40,857 nt of DNA from an uncultured Candidatus Saccharibacteria bacterium (GTDB lineage Bacteria; Patescibacteriota; Saccharimonadia; Saccharimonadales; Saccharimonadaceae), in assembly GCA_963517175.1 (NCBI GenBank), contig CAUQEY010000001.1, positions 1 to 40,857 of the forward strand, written 5' to 3'. Positions within the stretch are counted from its first letter, which is position 1. Every line of letters starts with the position of its first letter. Below the pieces are notes generated by a model. It saw only the letters and a program-made list of their open reading frames with translations. It was not told the DNA's origin and searched no databases. A program made the translations under genes and the position numbers. Shown piece after piece: positions 28,659 through 37,170 of the stretch.

Positions 28659-30761
28659 TTACTTAGAAGTATTACGCTTCTCAATGATTTCTTGAGCGAC
28701 GTTAGGTGGTACTTCCTCGTATTGCGCGAGCTCCATAGAAGAAGCGGCACGACCTTGGCTCATGGAGCGGAGATCGGAAGTGTAACCGAAGAGGTTAGCA
28801 AGTGGAGCGAAAGCGGTAATAAGCTTAGCGCCACCTTGGATGTCTTCCATAGCGTCGATGCGACCACGACGAGAGTTAATATCGCCGATCACATCGCCCA
28901 TGAACTCTTCAGGGGTAGTAACTTCAAGCTTCATAAATGGCTCAAGAAGCACTGGTTTGGCTTTCTTGATACCTTCACGGGTAGCTAGGCTTCCAGCGAG
29001 TTTGAAGGCGAGCTCGGAAGAGTCGACATCGTGGTAAGAACCATCGTAAAGAGTAGCCTTAATGTCAACTACTGGGTAACCAGCAATCACACCACCATTA
29101 AGAGTTTCTTCAACACCTTGTTGAACTGGCTTGCGGTATTCTTGTGGAACCACACCACCCTTAATCATATCGATGAATTCGAAGCCCTTACCAGATTCAT
29201 TTGGCTCAAACTTAATCCAAACATCACCGTATTGACCACGACCACCGGATTGCTTAATGTGCTTACCTTGAGCTTCGGCAGTACCACGAATAGTTTCACG
29301 GTAGGCAACCTGAGGAGCACCAGTATTAGCTTCCACGTTATGTTCACGTTTCAAGCGATCGATAATGATTTCGAGGTGAAGCTCACCCATACCAGAAATA
29401 ATGGTTTGGCCGGTTTCTTCATCGGTGTGAACACGAAAAGTTGGATCTTCTTCAGCAAGTTTAGCAAGACCGAGACCCATTTTTTCTTGGTCAGCCTTAG
29501 TCTTAGGCTCAACCGCGATAGAAACAGGTGGTTCTGGGAATTCGATAGATTCAAGGTGAATTGGGTGGGCTGGATCACAAAGAGTGGTACCAGTGGTGGT
29601 TTCCTTGAGACCGACGATAGCGGCGATATCACCAGCGGCAACTTCAGAGATTTCTTCACGCTTATCAGCGAACATACGGACGAGACGACCGACGCGTTCC
29701 TTATTGCCGGTAGTAGCGTTCAAGATGTAAGAGCCGGATTTCAAAACACCAGAGTAAACACGGACGAAGACGAGCTTACCGACAAATGGGTCAGAAGCAA
29801 TCTTGAAAGCAAGAGCGGTGAGAGGTTCAGTGACAGAAGCCTTACGGATAACCTTATCGCCAGTCTTTGGATCGGTACCAACAGTTTGACCGAGATCACG
29901 GTCAAGAGGTGAAGGGAGGTAATCAACACAGAGGTCGAGAACTTTTTCGACGATCACACCACGACCATCACCACCGGTAACGAGGAAGAAGTCACCGTCA
30001 AGCACGCGCTTACGAAGAGCTACTTTAAGTTCAGCTTCGGTGATAGCCTCTTCACCTTCGGCGAAGTACTTGTTCATCAAATCTTCATCAGCAGCTACAG
30101 CTTCTTCAACGAGAAGAGCACGAGCTTTCTTAGCCTTGTCAAGCATATCAGCAGGAATTTCGCCAACGGTCAAAGAGTGGTCGGCATATTCCTTGTAGGT
30201 GTAGGCCTTCATATCAATAAGGTCGACGACACCACAGATATCTTTTTCGAAACCAATTGGAAGGTGAATAGCGAAAGCATTCTTCGAGAGACGCTTGTGG
30301 ATAGAGTCGAGAGACTTGTAGAAGTCACCACCGATTTGGTTAATTTTGTTAATGAAACAGAGACGTGGCACGCCGTACTTGGTAGCTTGGCGCCAAACAG
30401 TTTCGGATTGAGCTTCGACACCCATCTTACCATCGAAAACGGTGACGGCACCATCGAGCACGCGAAGAGAACGTTCTACTTCGGCGGTAAAGTCGATGTG
30501 GCCCGGGGTATCAATAATGTTAATTTTGTGACCTTTCCAAGTGGCGGTAACAGCTGCGGAAGTAATAGTAATACCACGTTCCTTTTCCTGTTCCATCCAG
30601 TCAGTGGTAGCACCACCGGTGTCACCCTTGACGAGGTCGATTTTGTGCTTCAAGCCAGTACGGTAGAGGATAGCCTCTGAAGTCGTGGTCTTGCCTGCAT
30701 CAATATGTGCAATAATGCCAATATTGCGCAATTTTGATAAATCATGTGTAGCTTCTGCCAT
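28659..30761 (-). CDS. fusA: Elongation factor G with non-canonical G4/G5 motifs
   Basis: [71 protein letters not shown]. Confidence 0.98.
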   Translation of the reverse strand: MAEATHDLSKLRNIGIIAHIDAGKTTTSEAILYRTGLKHKIDLVKGDTGGATTDWMEQEKERGITITSAAVTATWKGHKINIIDTPGHIDFTAEVERSLRVLDGAVTVFDGKMGVEAQSETVWRQATKYGVPRLCFINKINQIGGDFYKSLDSIHKRLSKNAFAIHLPIGFEKDICGVVDLIDMKAYTYKEYADHSLTVGEIPADMLDKAKKARALLVEEAVAADEDLMNKYFAEGEEAITEAELKVALRKRVLDGDFFLVTGGDGRGVIVEKVLDLCVDYLPSPLDRDLGQTVGTDPKTGDKVIRKASVTEPLTALAFKIASDPFVGKLVFVRVYSGVLKSGSYILNATTGNKERVGRLVRMFADKREEISEVAAGDIAAIVGLKETTTGTTLCDPAHPIHLESIEFPEPPVSIAVEPKTKADQEKMGLGLAKLAEEDPTFRVHTDEETGQTIISGMGELHLEIIIDRLKREHNVEANTGAPQVAYRETIRGTAEAQGKHIKQSGGRGQYGDVWIKFEPNESGKGFEFIDMIKGGVVPQEYRKPVQQGVEETLNGGVIAGYPVVDIKATLYDGSYHDVDSSELAFKLAGSLATREGIKKAKPVLLEPFMKLEVTTPEEFMGDVIGDINSRRGRIDAMEDIQGGAKLITAFAPLANLFGYTSDLRSMSQGRAASSMELAQYEEVPPNVAQEIIEKRNTSK

Positions 30762-30823
30762 GAATTTCCTTATTAATTAATAATTTTTAGACTTTCAGGA
30801 TATTTTACCATAATTTCAAGAAG

Positions 30824-30850
30824 AAAAAAAGAGAGCACTGGGCTCTCTTT
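30824..30850 (-). terminator. Terminator of LRR-like gene 5
   Basis: AAAGAGAGC-actgg-GCTCTCTTT. Confidence 0.8.
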
Positions 30851-30871
30851 GAGATTTTTTGATTTTTTTAA

Positions 30872-32383
30872 TTATGGGCCAGTTGAAGGTTGTCCAGGTT
30901 TAATCTTGACACATTCACGGTCGTCACCATAAATACGATGGAAGTATCCGATAATGGTCTTGGCCATAGAACCATCAGTTTTTACCGTATTATATTCAGT
31001 GAACACACAACCGTTATTATAGTATGAACCAACTAGACTTGTATCACCCTCAAACATCTCGCTACTCTCAGAGACATAAGTTAAGTCAAGGTCATGATTA
31101 GTCTTAATCTCTTCCAGTTTATTGTTACCTTTAAACATCTTCTTAGTGTTATTTAATTCAGGGGAGAATTGATTATCGCCGAAATTGATTCGCTTAAACC
31201 CTTCATCAGTACGTTCAAACATAGATTCCATGTTCTTACAGTTCGAAATATCAATCCCAGAAAGGTCTAGGTTATCGAAACGTGGCGCATTATCCGTAGA
31301 GAAGAAATTAGAGCAGTTTTCACCAAGTTTCAAGGTTCCCGATGGAGTCCACCAGCGTAAACCACCATCGTCGGATCTTGAGGCCCAGATTAAAACTGGT
31401 TCCTCATCATCGGTATTATTGGCGGTGGCATTATACATATTAAAACATATTACCCTGTTAGGAGGACAAGCTGGTAACGGAACGCCAGGAACAATAGAGT
31501 CCTCACTAATTAATAAATAGTCCGGTTTTATATTGGAAGTAATAGTCTTATCATCAATGATTTCACTAGAATACTCCTGTGGGGTTGGTTTAGCATACTT
31601 AAAGCTATTAAACTCCGCCTTTCTGCCATAATAATTATTTGGAATTCTGCGGAAGGCCGAATAACCGTCTTTAAGGGTGGCTGGTTTTAAATTATTAGTA
31701 TTAGCTAAAGTACTGAAAATCATTTTGCCAACATAGGTCGATGGAGCTAATTGCTTATTAATCGAAAGACCACAGTAGACGCCGTTATTTTTATTGTCAT
31801 TAGGTTTTACATATTTCACTTCATCAATTAATCGTGGGTGACTTCTGGTAGGAATTGCTAAATCATTGTTAGTGGAATTGATTTTCACTACTTCTCCCGT
31901 AACCGTATCTCGAACCTCTAAAATACCGCAATACCAGTAATTATCAGTGGTATTTTTTGGCTGGCCGTTTTCAAAATCGGAAGGAGTGGCAGAGCGAATA
32001 GAGTCGGTCACCGTAGCATCTATGCTTCGCATATTGATATCCTCATCAACATCTGAGAAGTAAACTTTGTAGCCGGCAGGATTATTAGTCTCGACTGTCG
32101 GTATAAAAGTGGTATTATTTTGAGCCTCATGTTCCACCCCATCTGAAGTAAGATAGACATCATTAAATTTATGGAAGGTTTCATTGACGCTCATTGCAAG
32201 CTTGATATCACCTGGCTTTAGAACCGGTTTTTCTTCTGCATGAGCAAAATTCATAAAATTTGGCGCGAGGGCGAGGGTGCCGAGAATAAGCGCTGTGCCA
32301 CCAAGCGAAATAATCGGCAAGAAACCAAAAATGCACTGCCACTTTCGCGATGGCCTCTTAAAAAATGTTTTGATTTTAGACAT
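30872..32383 (-). CDS. Secreted Cys-containing BspA-like protein (2-3 degenerate repeats)
   Basis: Long signal peptide ending AHA, shared N-domain (TNNPAGY...LAPSTY...IFSTLAN), LDLSGIDISNCKNMESMF, C-terminal GYFH. Start at 32383 has an AAAGG RBS; 32395 is the alternative. Confidence 0.75.
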   Translation of the reverse strand: MSKIKTFFKRPSRKWQCIFGFLPIISLGGTALILGTLALAPNFMNFAHAEEKPVLKPGDIKLAMSVNETFHKFNDVYLTSDGVEHEAQNNTTFIPTVETNNPAGYKVYFSDVDEDINMRSIDATVTDSIRSATPSDFENGQPKNTTDNYWYCGILEVRDTVTGEVVKINSTNNDLAIPTRSHPRLIDEVKYVKPNDNKNNGVYCGLSINKQLAPSTYVGKMIFSTLANTNNLKPATLKDGYSAFRRIPNNYYGRKAEFNSFKYAKPTPQEYSSEIIDDKTITSNIKPDYLLISEDSIVPGVPLPACPPNRVICFNMYNATANNTDDEEPVLIWASRSDDGGLRWWTPSGTLKLGENCSNFFSTDNAPRFDNLDLSGIDISNCKNMESMFERTDEGFKRINFGDNQFSPELNNTKKMFKGNNKLEEIKTNHDLDLTYVSESSEMFEGDTSLVGSYYNNGCVFTEYNTVKTDGSMAKTIIGYFHRIYGDDRECVKIKPGQPSTGP

Positions 32384-32548
32384 ACTACCTTTCATTTTGA
32401 TTTTTGTGCTTATGCTTCTAGCTCTATTTTATATCATTTATGGTTTTATTCAAGGTATGTTCTTAGTCTTTGCAACAAAATCTATATTTGTTTTGATGAA
32501 GAATTTTTAAGATTTAATCAATGTATTTTATGAGAACTACAAACAAAT

Positions 32549-32574
32549 AAAAAGAGAGCGCGCGGCTCTCTTTT
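32549..32574 (-). terminator. Terminator of LRR-like gene 6
   Basis: AAAAGAGAGC-gcgcg-GCTCTCTTTT. Confidence 0.8.
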
Positions 32575-32587
32575 CTTAATATTTTCA

Positions 32588-34021
32588 TTATAGCTGTTGC
32601 TCTTCACATATATTTGGATCACTACCGTCATGCAGATACCCCCACCCTGTTACTGCCCTCCTAGCATCTACACCATAGCTCTCCTCATAGAGAGTACTAG
32701 TGCAACCAATTTTGCCGTAAGATAGCTTCCAGGTTTTATATCCTTCCAATTTAATATCCCCAAGGAACATTTCATTACTTTCTGGCACATAGCTTAAATC
32801 GGTTCCAGGAGATACAATAATCTTCGTAAGATCCGGGTTGTTTTTAAACATCTTCTTGGTGTTCTTTAGTTCTGGTGAGAATTTATTGTCTCCAAAATTA
32901 ATTACTTTAAATCCATCATCATTACAATTTGAAATGTCTACATTCGATAAATCAATTCCATCAAATCTAGGGCTGCGACCAGATGCAAAAAATGAGGAAC
33001 AATCTTCTCCAAAAGTCAAAGTACCAGATGGGGTCCACCAGTTCAGCGACCTTTCACATCCACTTCTCCACATCAATATTGGTTCCATTTCTTCAGATTC
33101 CGCAGCGTCATACATTTCCATTTGAGCTGGACATGATGGGGATGGTTGCCCCATAAATACTTCATAGTCTGACTTAAGTTGAGATACAATTCGTCCGTCA
33201 TTAAGTATATGCTCGCTATAATTATTCCACGGCTTTGTATATTTAAATTTACTGAAGCCACCCCCTACATCTCTTGCTTTGCGAAAGAACTGTTCGCTGT
33301 TTGTGATTTTTGCATTGATTAAATTATTAGTGTTCGCTACAGAGCTAAAAATTACACTATCTGTGTATGTAGAAGGTGCTAATTGCTTATTAATGGATAC
33401 TCCACAATGGACACCCTTTGATCTAGATTCATTTGGTCTTACGTATTTAACTTCCTCAATCATTTTCGGTGAACTTTTAGTTGGAATACTCAATTCATTA
33501 TTATTGGAGTTTGTTTTTTGTATATGAGTGAATCCCTCTGGAGCGCTATTAATAATTCCACAATACCAATAATTATCAGCGGTATTTTTCGGTTCACCGT
33601 TTTTAAAATCAGCAGGAGTGGCGGAACGAATGGAGTCAGTTACTGTAGACTCAATACTTCTCATATTGGTATCCTCATCGGCGTCCGAGAAAAAAATCTT
33701 ATACCCAGCAGGATTATTAGTTTGAACTTTTGGAATTATGGAAACGGTATTTTTATCAGGCTCTTGTGATGTACCAAGGGATGTCAAATAAACATCATCA
33801 AATTTATGCAATGATAAATTTACACTCATGGAGAGGGTGATGTCTTTTTGCTTTGGCGAAGTTGTGTTTTCTTCAGCATATGCGAAGTTCATAAAATTAG
33901 GAACAATGGCAAAAGTACCTAAGATAAGAGATATACCACCAAATGAAAAGATTGGCAGGAGATTAAAAGCATGCTGACAGAACCCCTGAACTCTTTTTAG
34001 AAATTTAACGGGTTTTAGCAT
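32588..34021 (-). CDS. Secreted Cys-containing BspA-like protein, tandem paralog of 30872-32383
   Basis: Shares VTDSIRSATP, DNYWYCG, SINKQLAPSTY, WWTPSGTL and FSPEL with its neighbour. AGGAGA RBS. Confidence 0.75.
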   Translation of the reverse strand: MLKPVKFLKRVQGFCQHAFNLLPIFSFGGISLILGTFAIVPNFMNFAYAEENTTSPKQKDITLSMSVNLSLHKFDDVYLTSLGTSQEPDKNTVSIIPKVQTNNPAGYKIFFSDADEDTNMRSIESTVTDSIRSATPADFKNGEPKNTADNYWYCGIINSAPEGFTHIQKTNSNNNELSIPTKSSPKMIEEVKYVRPNESRSKGVHCGVSINKQLAPSTYTDSVIFSSVANTNNLINAKITNSEQFFRKARDVGGGFSKFKYTKPWNNYSEHILNDGRIVSQLKSDYEVFMGQPSPSCPAQMEMYDAAESEEMEPILMWRSGCERSLNWWTPSGTLTFGEDCSSFFASGRSPRFDGIDLSNVDISNCNDDGFKVINFGDNKFSPELKNTKKMFKNNPDLTKIIVSPGTDLSYVPESNEMFLGDIKLEGYKTWKLSYGKIGCTSTLYEESYGVDARRAVTGWGYLHDGSDPNICEEQQL

Positions 34022-34080
34022 GTATTCTCTCCTTTTTATTTTATGCTTATGCTTCTAGTTTCATTCTACACTATTTTAAA

Positions 34081-34112
34081 GAAAAAAGAACCCCGAGATG
34101 AGGTTCTTTTTC
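34081..34112 (-). terminator. metK terminator
   Basis: AAAAAGAACC...GGTTCTTTTT hairpin. Confidence 0.75.
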
Positions 34113-34118
34113 TTGGTT

Positions 34119-35177
34119 TTAGAAGTGGCCGAATTTGGCGGTGTCTTCGTATTTTTTATGTAAGAGATCGAGGTCTTTGATAATGTTTTTCGGGGTACAA
34201 GCGGCATATAATTCTGGCCCTGGGGTAATGTTTTTACCATCGCCCTTAATGTAAATCGCGAGTGGTTCAGCAATGCCGATGGCGTAGGAAAGTTGTACTT
34301 CGCAGGAATGCAAATTATAGCGCTTGAGATAATCCACGGCAATTTCGCGTGCCTTATAGGCAGCGGAGCGGTCGACCTTGGATGGATCTTTACCTGAGAA
34401 AGCGCCACCACCGACTGGAGCAAAGGATTGATAACTATCGACTACAATTTTACGGCCAGTGAGACCGGCATCACCCATAAAGCCGCCGATGAGGAATTTG
34501 CCGGTAGGATTAACAAGGAATTTTTCGACCTCTACACCGTATTTACCAGCAATTTCACGAGCCTTGTCGATGAGAATTTGGTCGGTTTCGGCGCGATTAG
34601 TTTCGGTATTTTGATAACTAATAGTCCAATCCTTAATTTTGATGAGGCGCATATCGTCGTCATACTCACCAGTGAGCTGGGTTTTACCATCAGCCAGGAA
34701 GCGTGAATCTTTTTGACGCAATTCGTCGTAGAATTTGGAAAATTCCTGCATAATCACCATGGCAGTTGGCTTATATTCGGCGTTATCATCGCAAGCAAAA
34801 CCAAACATCATACCTTGGTCGCCAGCACCACCTACTTCATCATTGGTGCCAAGAGCGATATCTTGACTCTGGACACCAAGGTTATTGACGATTTCAAAAT
34901 CCGCGAGCGTACCAGAAGGTGTGAGATTTTCTGCGTTGTCGCCATTAATGTAGCCGACTTCTTTTAAGACGCGCATCACCACAGACTCAACATCGACCTT
35001 AGCGGCGGAAGTGACTTCGCCGGTGATAAAAATTCTGCCTTTACCGCCCATCACTTCGATACCACAACGGGAGCTAGGATCACCAGAGAGGAAGGCATCA
35101 AGTAGGGCGTCACTAATTTGGTCACAGACTTTGTCGGGATGTCCACGAAAAACAATCTCATTACTATACAGTTTCAT
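34119..35177 (-). CDS. metK: S-adenosylmethionine synthetase
   Basis: GHPDKVCDQISD, GAGDQG, DAGLTGRKI, GGGAFSGKDPSKVDRS. Confidence 0.97.
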   Translation of the reverse strand: MKLYSNEIVFRGHPDKVCDQISDALLDAFLSGDPSSRCGIEVMGGKGRIFITGEVTSAAKVDVESVVMRVLKEVGYINGDNAENLTPSGTLADFEIVNNLGVQSQDIALGTNDEVGGAGDQGMMFGFACDDNAEYKPTAMVIMQEFSKFYDELRQKDSRFLADGKTQLTGEYDDDMRLIKIKDWTISYQNTETNRAETDQILIDKAREIAGKYGVEVEKFLVNPTGKFLIGGFMGDAGLTGRKIVVDSYQSFAPVGGGAFSGKDPSKVDRSAAYKAREIAVDYLKRYNLHSCEVQLSYAIGIAEPLAIYIKGDGKNITPGPELYAACTPKNIIKDLDLLHKKYEDTAKFGHF

Positions 35178-35252
35178 ATTTTCTTTCTTGTGGTCTTAAC
35201 TTTTCTTCATTATAGCATAAGTAGAATAGGGAGAAGGAAAAATATCTGAAAC

Positions 35253-35273
35253 AAAAATCAGCCCGGAGGCTGA
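35253..35273 (-). terminator. gatCAB terminator
   Basis: TCAGCC-cgga-GGCTGA with a U-tract on the minus strand. Confidence 0.7.
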
Positions 35274-35284
35274 AATTTTGGTTT

Positions 35285-36751
35285 TTAAGACTGCAACTTT
35301 TCGCGTAAAAGTTTCTGGGCGATAGCTGGATTTGCCTTTCCTTTCGAAGATTTCATCACCTGGCCCACTAAGAAACCGATTACTTTTTCACTACCGGCCT
35401 TAAAATCGGCGACGGCCTGGGCGCAGGCTGGATCAGTTAGGACTTGATCGACAATCTCAGAGAGCGCACCGAGGTCATTTTCCTGAAGCAGATTGAGTTC
35501 CTTAGCGATTTCGTGAGCCGACTTGTGATGCATATTTGGGTCAAAGAAACGCAGGAACACTTCCTTGACACTGGTGGAAGAAAGTTCGTTCTTATTAATC
35601 ATCTCAGCAAGTTCGCGAAGCTGCATGGTGGTCGAAAGCTCATCATTTAGGAGACTGCTGTTTTCCTCTGCGAGGAGCACCGAGGTATAGAGATTAGAAA
35701 TCTTCTGAATAGCATTCTTAGTGATTTCTTTTTCAATACCATCAGCATCGTAGGCGGACTTTAGTTCTGCTAGGCTTTCGACAAGATTTTGGTGGTCGAG
35801 GAGAATTTCGAGTTGTTCTTCTGGAATCACCACACGGAGCATGGCGCGATAGTCAGCTGGTAAGCGTACTAATTTAGCGCGCTCAGCTTCAACATATTCC
35901 TCAGTCAAATGAATTGGTGGAATATCTGGTTCTGGCATGTAGCGATAATCATTAGCCTCTTCCTTACTACGCTGTGAAGTAGTTTTACCGGTATTATCAT
36001 TCCAGCCACGGGTTTCCTGAACCACTTTTTCGCCATTATCAAGCAATTTTTTCTGCCTGTGATATTCGTAATCGACCGCCATTTCAACCGAACGGAAAGA
36101 GTTGAGGTTCTTAATTTCAGCACGCGTACCCAGCTCAGTGCTACCTTTTTTGGCGAGTGAAATATTCACATCAAAACGCATGTTGCCATTATAGAGGTCA
36201 CCGTAAGTAACGCCAGCAAAAGTTAGAATGCGCCAAAGTTCCTTACAATAATCGCGAGCATCCTCCTTCGAATGAATGTCTGGCATAGAGACAATTTCAA
36301 TCAGAGGGGTGTCGGCACGGTTAAGGTCGACAAGACTGTAAGTATCGAAATGTGTGAGCTTGCCAGCATCCCCCTCGAGATGGGCGTGTTCAATGCGAAT
36401 CTTAGTGCCATTCGGAAGCTCAACAAAGCCTGGGCCAATAATTGGCTGATACATCTGAGTAATCTGATAACCTTTCGGAGAATCTGGATAGAAATAATGC
36501 TTGCGATCGAAGCGTGAAATCAGATTGATATTAGAATTAAGCGCTAGACCGGCACGGGTAGCGAGACGCACGGCTTCCTCATTCAAGCGTGGCAACATAC
36601 CAGGAAGAGCGTACTCGACCGGCGAAACACAAGAGTTAGGCTCCTTACCGCGAGCATCATTGTCGACTTCAGAAAAAAGTTTAGTCTTGGTCGCGAGCTG
36701 AACATGACATTCAATACCGATAGTAATTTCGTAAGCTGAATTTTCTGACAT
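35285..36751 (-). CDS. gatB: Asp/Glu-tRNA amidotransferase subunit B
   Basis: IGIECHVQL, FDRKHYFYPD, DLNRA, EIKNLNSF, DYRYMPEPD, GFLVGQVMK. Confidence 0.98.
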   Translation of the reverse strand: MSENSAYEITIGIECHVQLATKTKLFSEVDNDARGKEPNSCVSPVEYALPGMLPRLNEEAVRLATRAGLALNSNINLISRFDRKHYFYPDSPKGYQITQMYQPIIGPGFVELPNGTKIRIEHAHLEGDAGKLTHFDTYSLVDLNRADTPLIEIVSMPDIHSKEDARDYCKELWRILTFAGVTYGDLYNGNMRFDVNISLAKKGSTELGTRAEIKNLNSFRSVEMAVDYEYHRQKKLLDNGEKVVQETRGWNDNTGKTTSQRSKEEANDYRYMPEPDIPPIHLTEEYVEAERAKLVRLPADYRAMLRVVIPEEQLEILLDHQNLVESLAELKSAYDADGIEKEITKNAIQKISNLYTSVLLAEENSSLLNDELSTTMQLRELAEMINKNELSSTSVKEVFLRFFDPNMHHKSAHEIAKELNLLQENDLGALSEIVDQVLTDPACAQAVADFKAGSEKVIGFLVGQVMKSSKGKANPAIAQKLLREKLQS

Positions 36752-37170
36752 TAGATAGCTCCTAAATCTTTTAATGCTTGTTTGTAAGTCTCCAAGGCGC
36801 GACGACTTTGATTATAATCGAGTTGGAAATTTTGTTCGTGAGCAATTTGGTTGCGTTTCTTATGGACATACCAGACTGAATTCAGTTCCGAGAAACGATG
36901 GCCGGAAGCTTTGAGGCGGTCGCCCATAGTTTTACCCGGTGCGCCAAGCTCCATCATGGCCTTATCGAGTAATTTATCGGCTTCGATGAGAGCATAATTA
37001 AAGCTCAAGGGATTATCGCGCGAGAGATTATTTTCAATTTTGAGGAAGTTAGCCTGATAATCTTCCTTATCGAAAGTATGAGTACGGTTGCCGAGCTGAG
37101 AGATTGAAATAAAAACCAAAATCCCCACAGCTAGTACAGCGATTAAGAGAATAAAGACGGGCGAATTCAT
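36751..37170 (-). CDS. Membrane-anchored hypothetical protein with HEPN/DUF4145-like motif
   Basis: N-terminal TM helix; ALIEADKLLD...GKTMGDRLK...KKRNQIAHE; overlaps gatA (ATGA) and gatB (TAATG). Confidence 0.7.
   Translation of the reverse strand: MNSPVFILLIAVLAVGILVFISISQLGNRTHTFDKEDYQANFLKIENNLSRDNPLSFNYALIEADKLLDKAMMELGAPGKTMGDRLKASGHRFSELNSVWYVHKKRNQIAHEQNFQLDYNQSRRALETYKQALKDLGAI

Noticed and set aside
25312..30680. Long plus-strand ORFs (247, 293 and 167 aa) antisense to tuf and fusA
   Set aside because: Shadow frames produced by the strong codon bias of highly expressed genes; no RBS, promoter or recognisable motifs.
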